Below, one piece after another: positions 63,687 through 64,000 of a stretch of DNA of 64,000 bases. Position 1 is the stretch's first letter. Each line of letters opens with the position of its first letter. Below the pieces are notes generated by a model. The model was not told the DNA's origin. It saw only the letters and a program-made list of their open reading frames with translations, and searched no databases. The position numbers and the translations under genes were made by a program. The stretch is from Chloroflexota bacterium (GTDB taxonomy: Bacteria > Chloroflexota > Dormibacteria > CF-121), in NCBI GenBank assembly GCA_005881215.1, contig VBDZ01000002.1, forward strand, positions 382-64,381, in the 5' to 3' direction.

Positions 63687-64000
63687 ATCAACGACCAAAT
63701 CCGCGCCGCCGAAGTCCGCGTTATCGACGATCGCAACGAGCAGTTAGGGGTCATGGCCACCGACCGCGCGAAGGCGCTCGCCGTCGAGCGGGAGATGGAC
63801 CTGGTCGAGGTCGCGCCCCAGGCGCAACCTCCGGTGGCCCGGATCATGGATTACGGCAAATTCAAATTCGAGAGCATCAAGAAAGAGAAAGATGGGCGCC
63901 GTAAGCACAACGTCATCAAGGTCAAAGAAATGAAACTCCGTCCGAAAATCGGCGAGCATGACTTCCAGACGAAGTTCAACGCCGTCAAGTCGTTCCTGGC
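63687..64000 (+). CDS. infC: translation initiation factor IF-3, 3'-truncated by window edge, non-canonical start
   Basis: (I)NDQIRAAEVRVIDDRNEQLGVM...MDLVEVAPQAQPPVARIMDYGKFKFE...KEMKLRPKIGEHDFQTK. There is no in-frame ATG/GTG/TTG after the in-frame TGA at 63660. ATC 63687 is the only in-frame table-11 start. The conserved-looking RELR precedes it. Confidence 0.9.
   Translation, partial: MNDQIRAAEVRVIDDRNEQLGVMATDRAKALAVEREMDLVEVAPQAQPPVARIMDYGKFKFESIKKEKDGRRKHNVIKVKEMKLRPKIGEHDFQTKFNAVKSFL

Overview
High-GC bacterial chromosomal core region; third codon positions are overwhelmingly G/C. Long antisense ORFs in the six-frame track are therefore mostly artefacts. Four translationally coupled genes lie on the minus strand at the left edge (LbH acetyltransferase, Zn-ribbon, NUDIX, SIS). 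From about 2.7 kb to the window end, 62 CDS and one tRNA-Val all lie on the plus strand, many joined by ATGA/GTGA/CTGA start-stop overlaps. The content is mostly housekeeping and is arranged in Bacillus-like (Terrabacteria-type) synteny blocks: comM-dprA-topA; rpsB-tsf-pyrH-frr-uppS-cdsA-dxr-rseP-ispG-proS; rel ... hisS-aspS; alaS ... ruvX-DUF1292-mltG-aroE; efp-asp23-nusB-xseB ... tlyA-nadK; scpA-scpB-rluB-cmk-plsC; rsmI-metG-tatD-rsmA; thrS-infC. Four small accessory islets interrupt these blocks. (1) 19.1-22.7 kb holds a PT-linker membrane protein and a sensor diguanylate cyclase. (2) 25.8-30.7 kb holds a tandemly duplicated secreted-protein cassette, a DUF948 / degenerate anti-sigma / SigB-like sigma operon, and a phosphotriesterase-like gene. 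(3) 33.3-36.3 kb holds an FtsA-like ATPase and a bitopic protein with a baseplate-J-like ectodomain. (4) 58.6-61.7 kb holds tRNA-Val with a duplicated promoter and 5' fragment, an SDR, a threonine dehydratase-like gene, an atypical receiver and a Zn-finger ORF. No CRISPR array, rRNA, transposase or integrase was seen. The observations most worth a second look are: (a) about seven genes whose conserved N-termini precede any ATG/GTG/TTG, implying CTG/ATC/ATA initiation at coupled junctions; (b) a perfect 64-nt alternating pyrimidine-purine tract inside dprA, just upstream of topA; (c) an EF-P with a non-canonical, longer loop where the modified Lys/Arg normally sits; (d) the duplicated unknown secreted-protein cassette next to a sigma module that has no anti-anti-sigma; (e) the FtsA-like / baseplate-J-like pair; (f) widespread -10-like hexamers 6-8 nt from start codons, suggesting leaderless transcripts. 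All functional calls come from motif recognition by eye. No database search was run.
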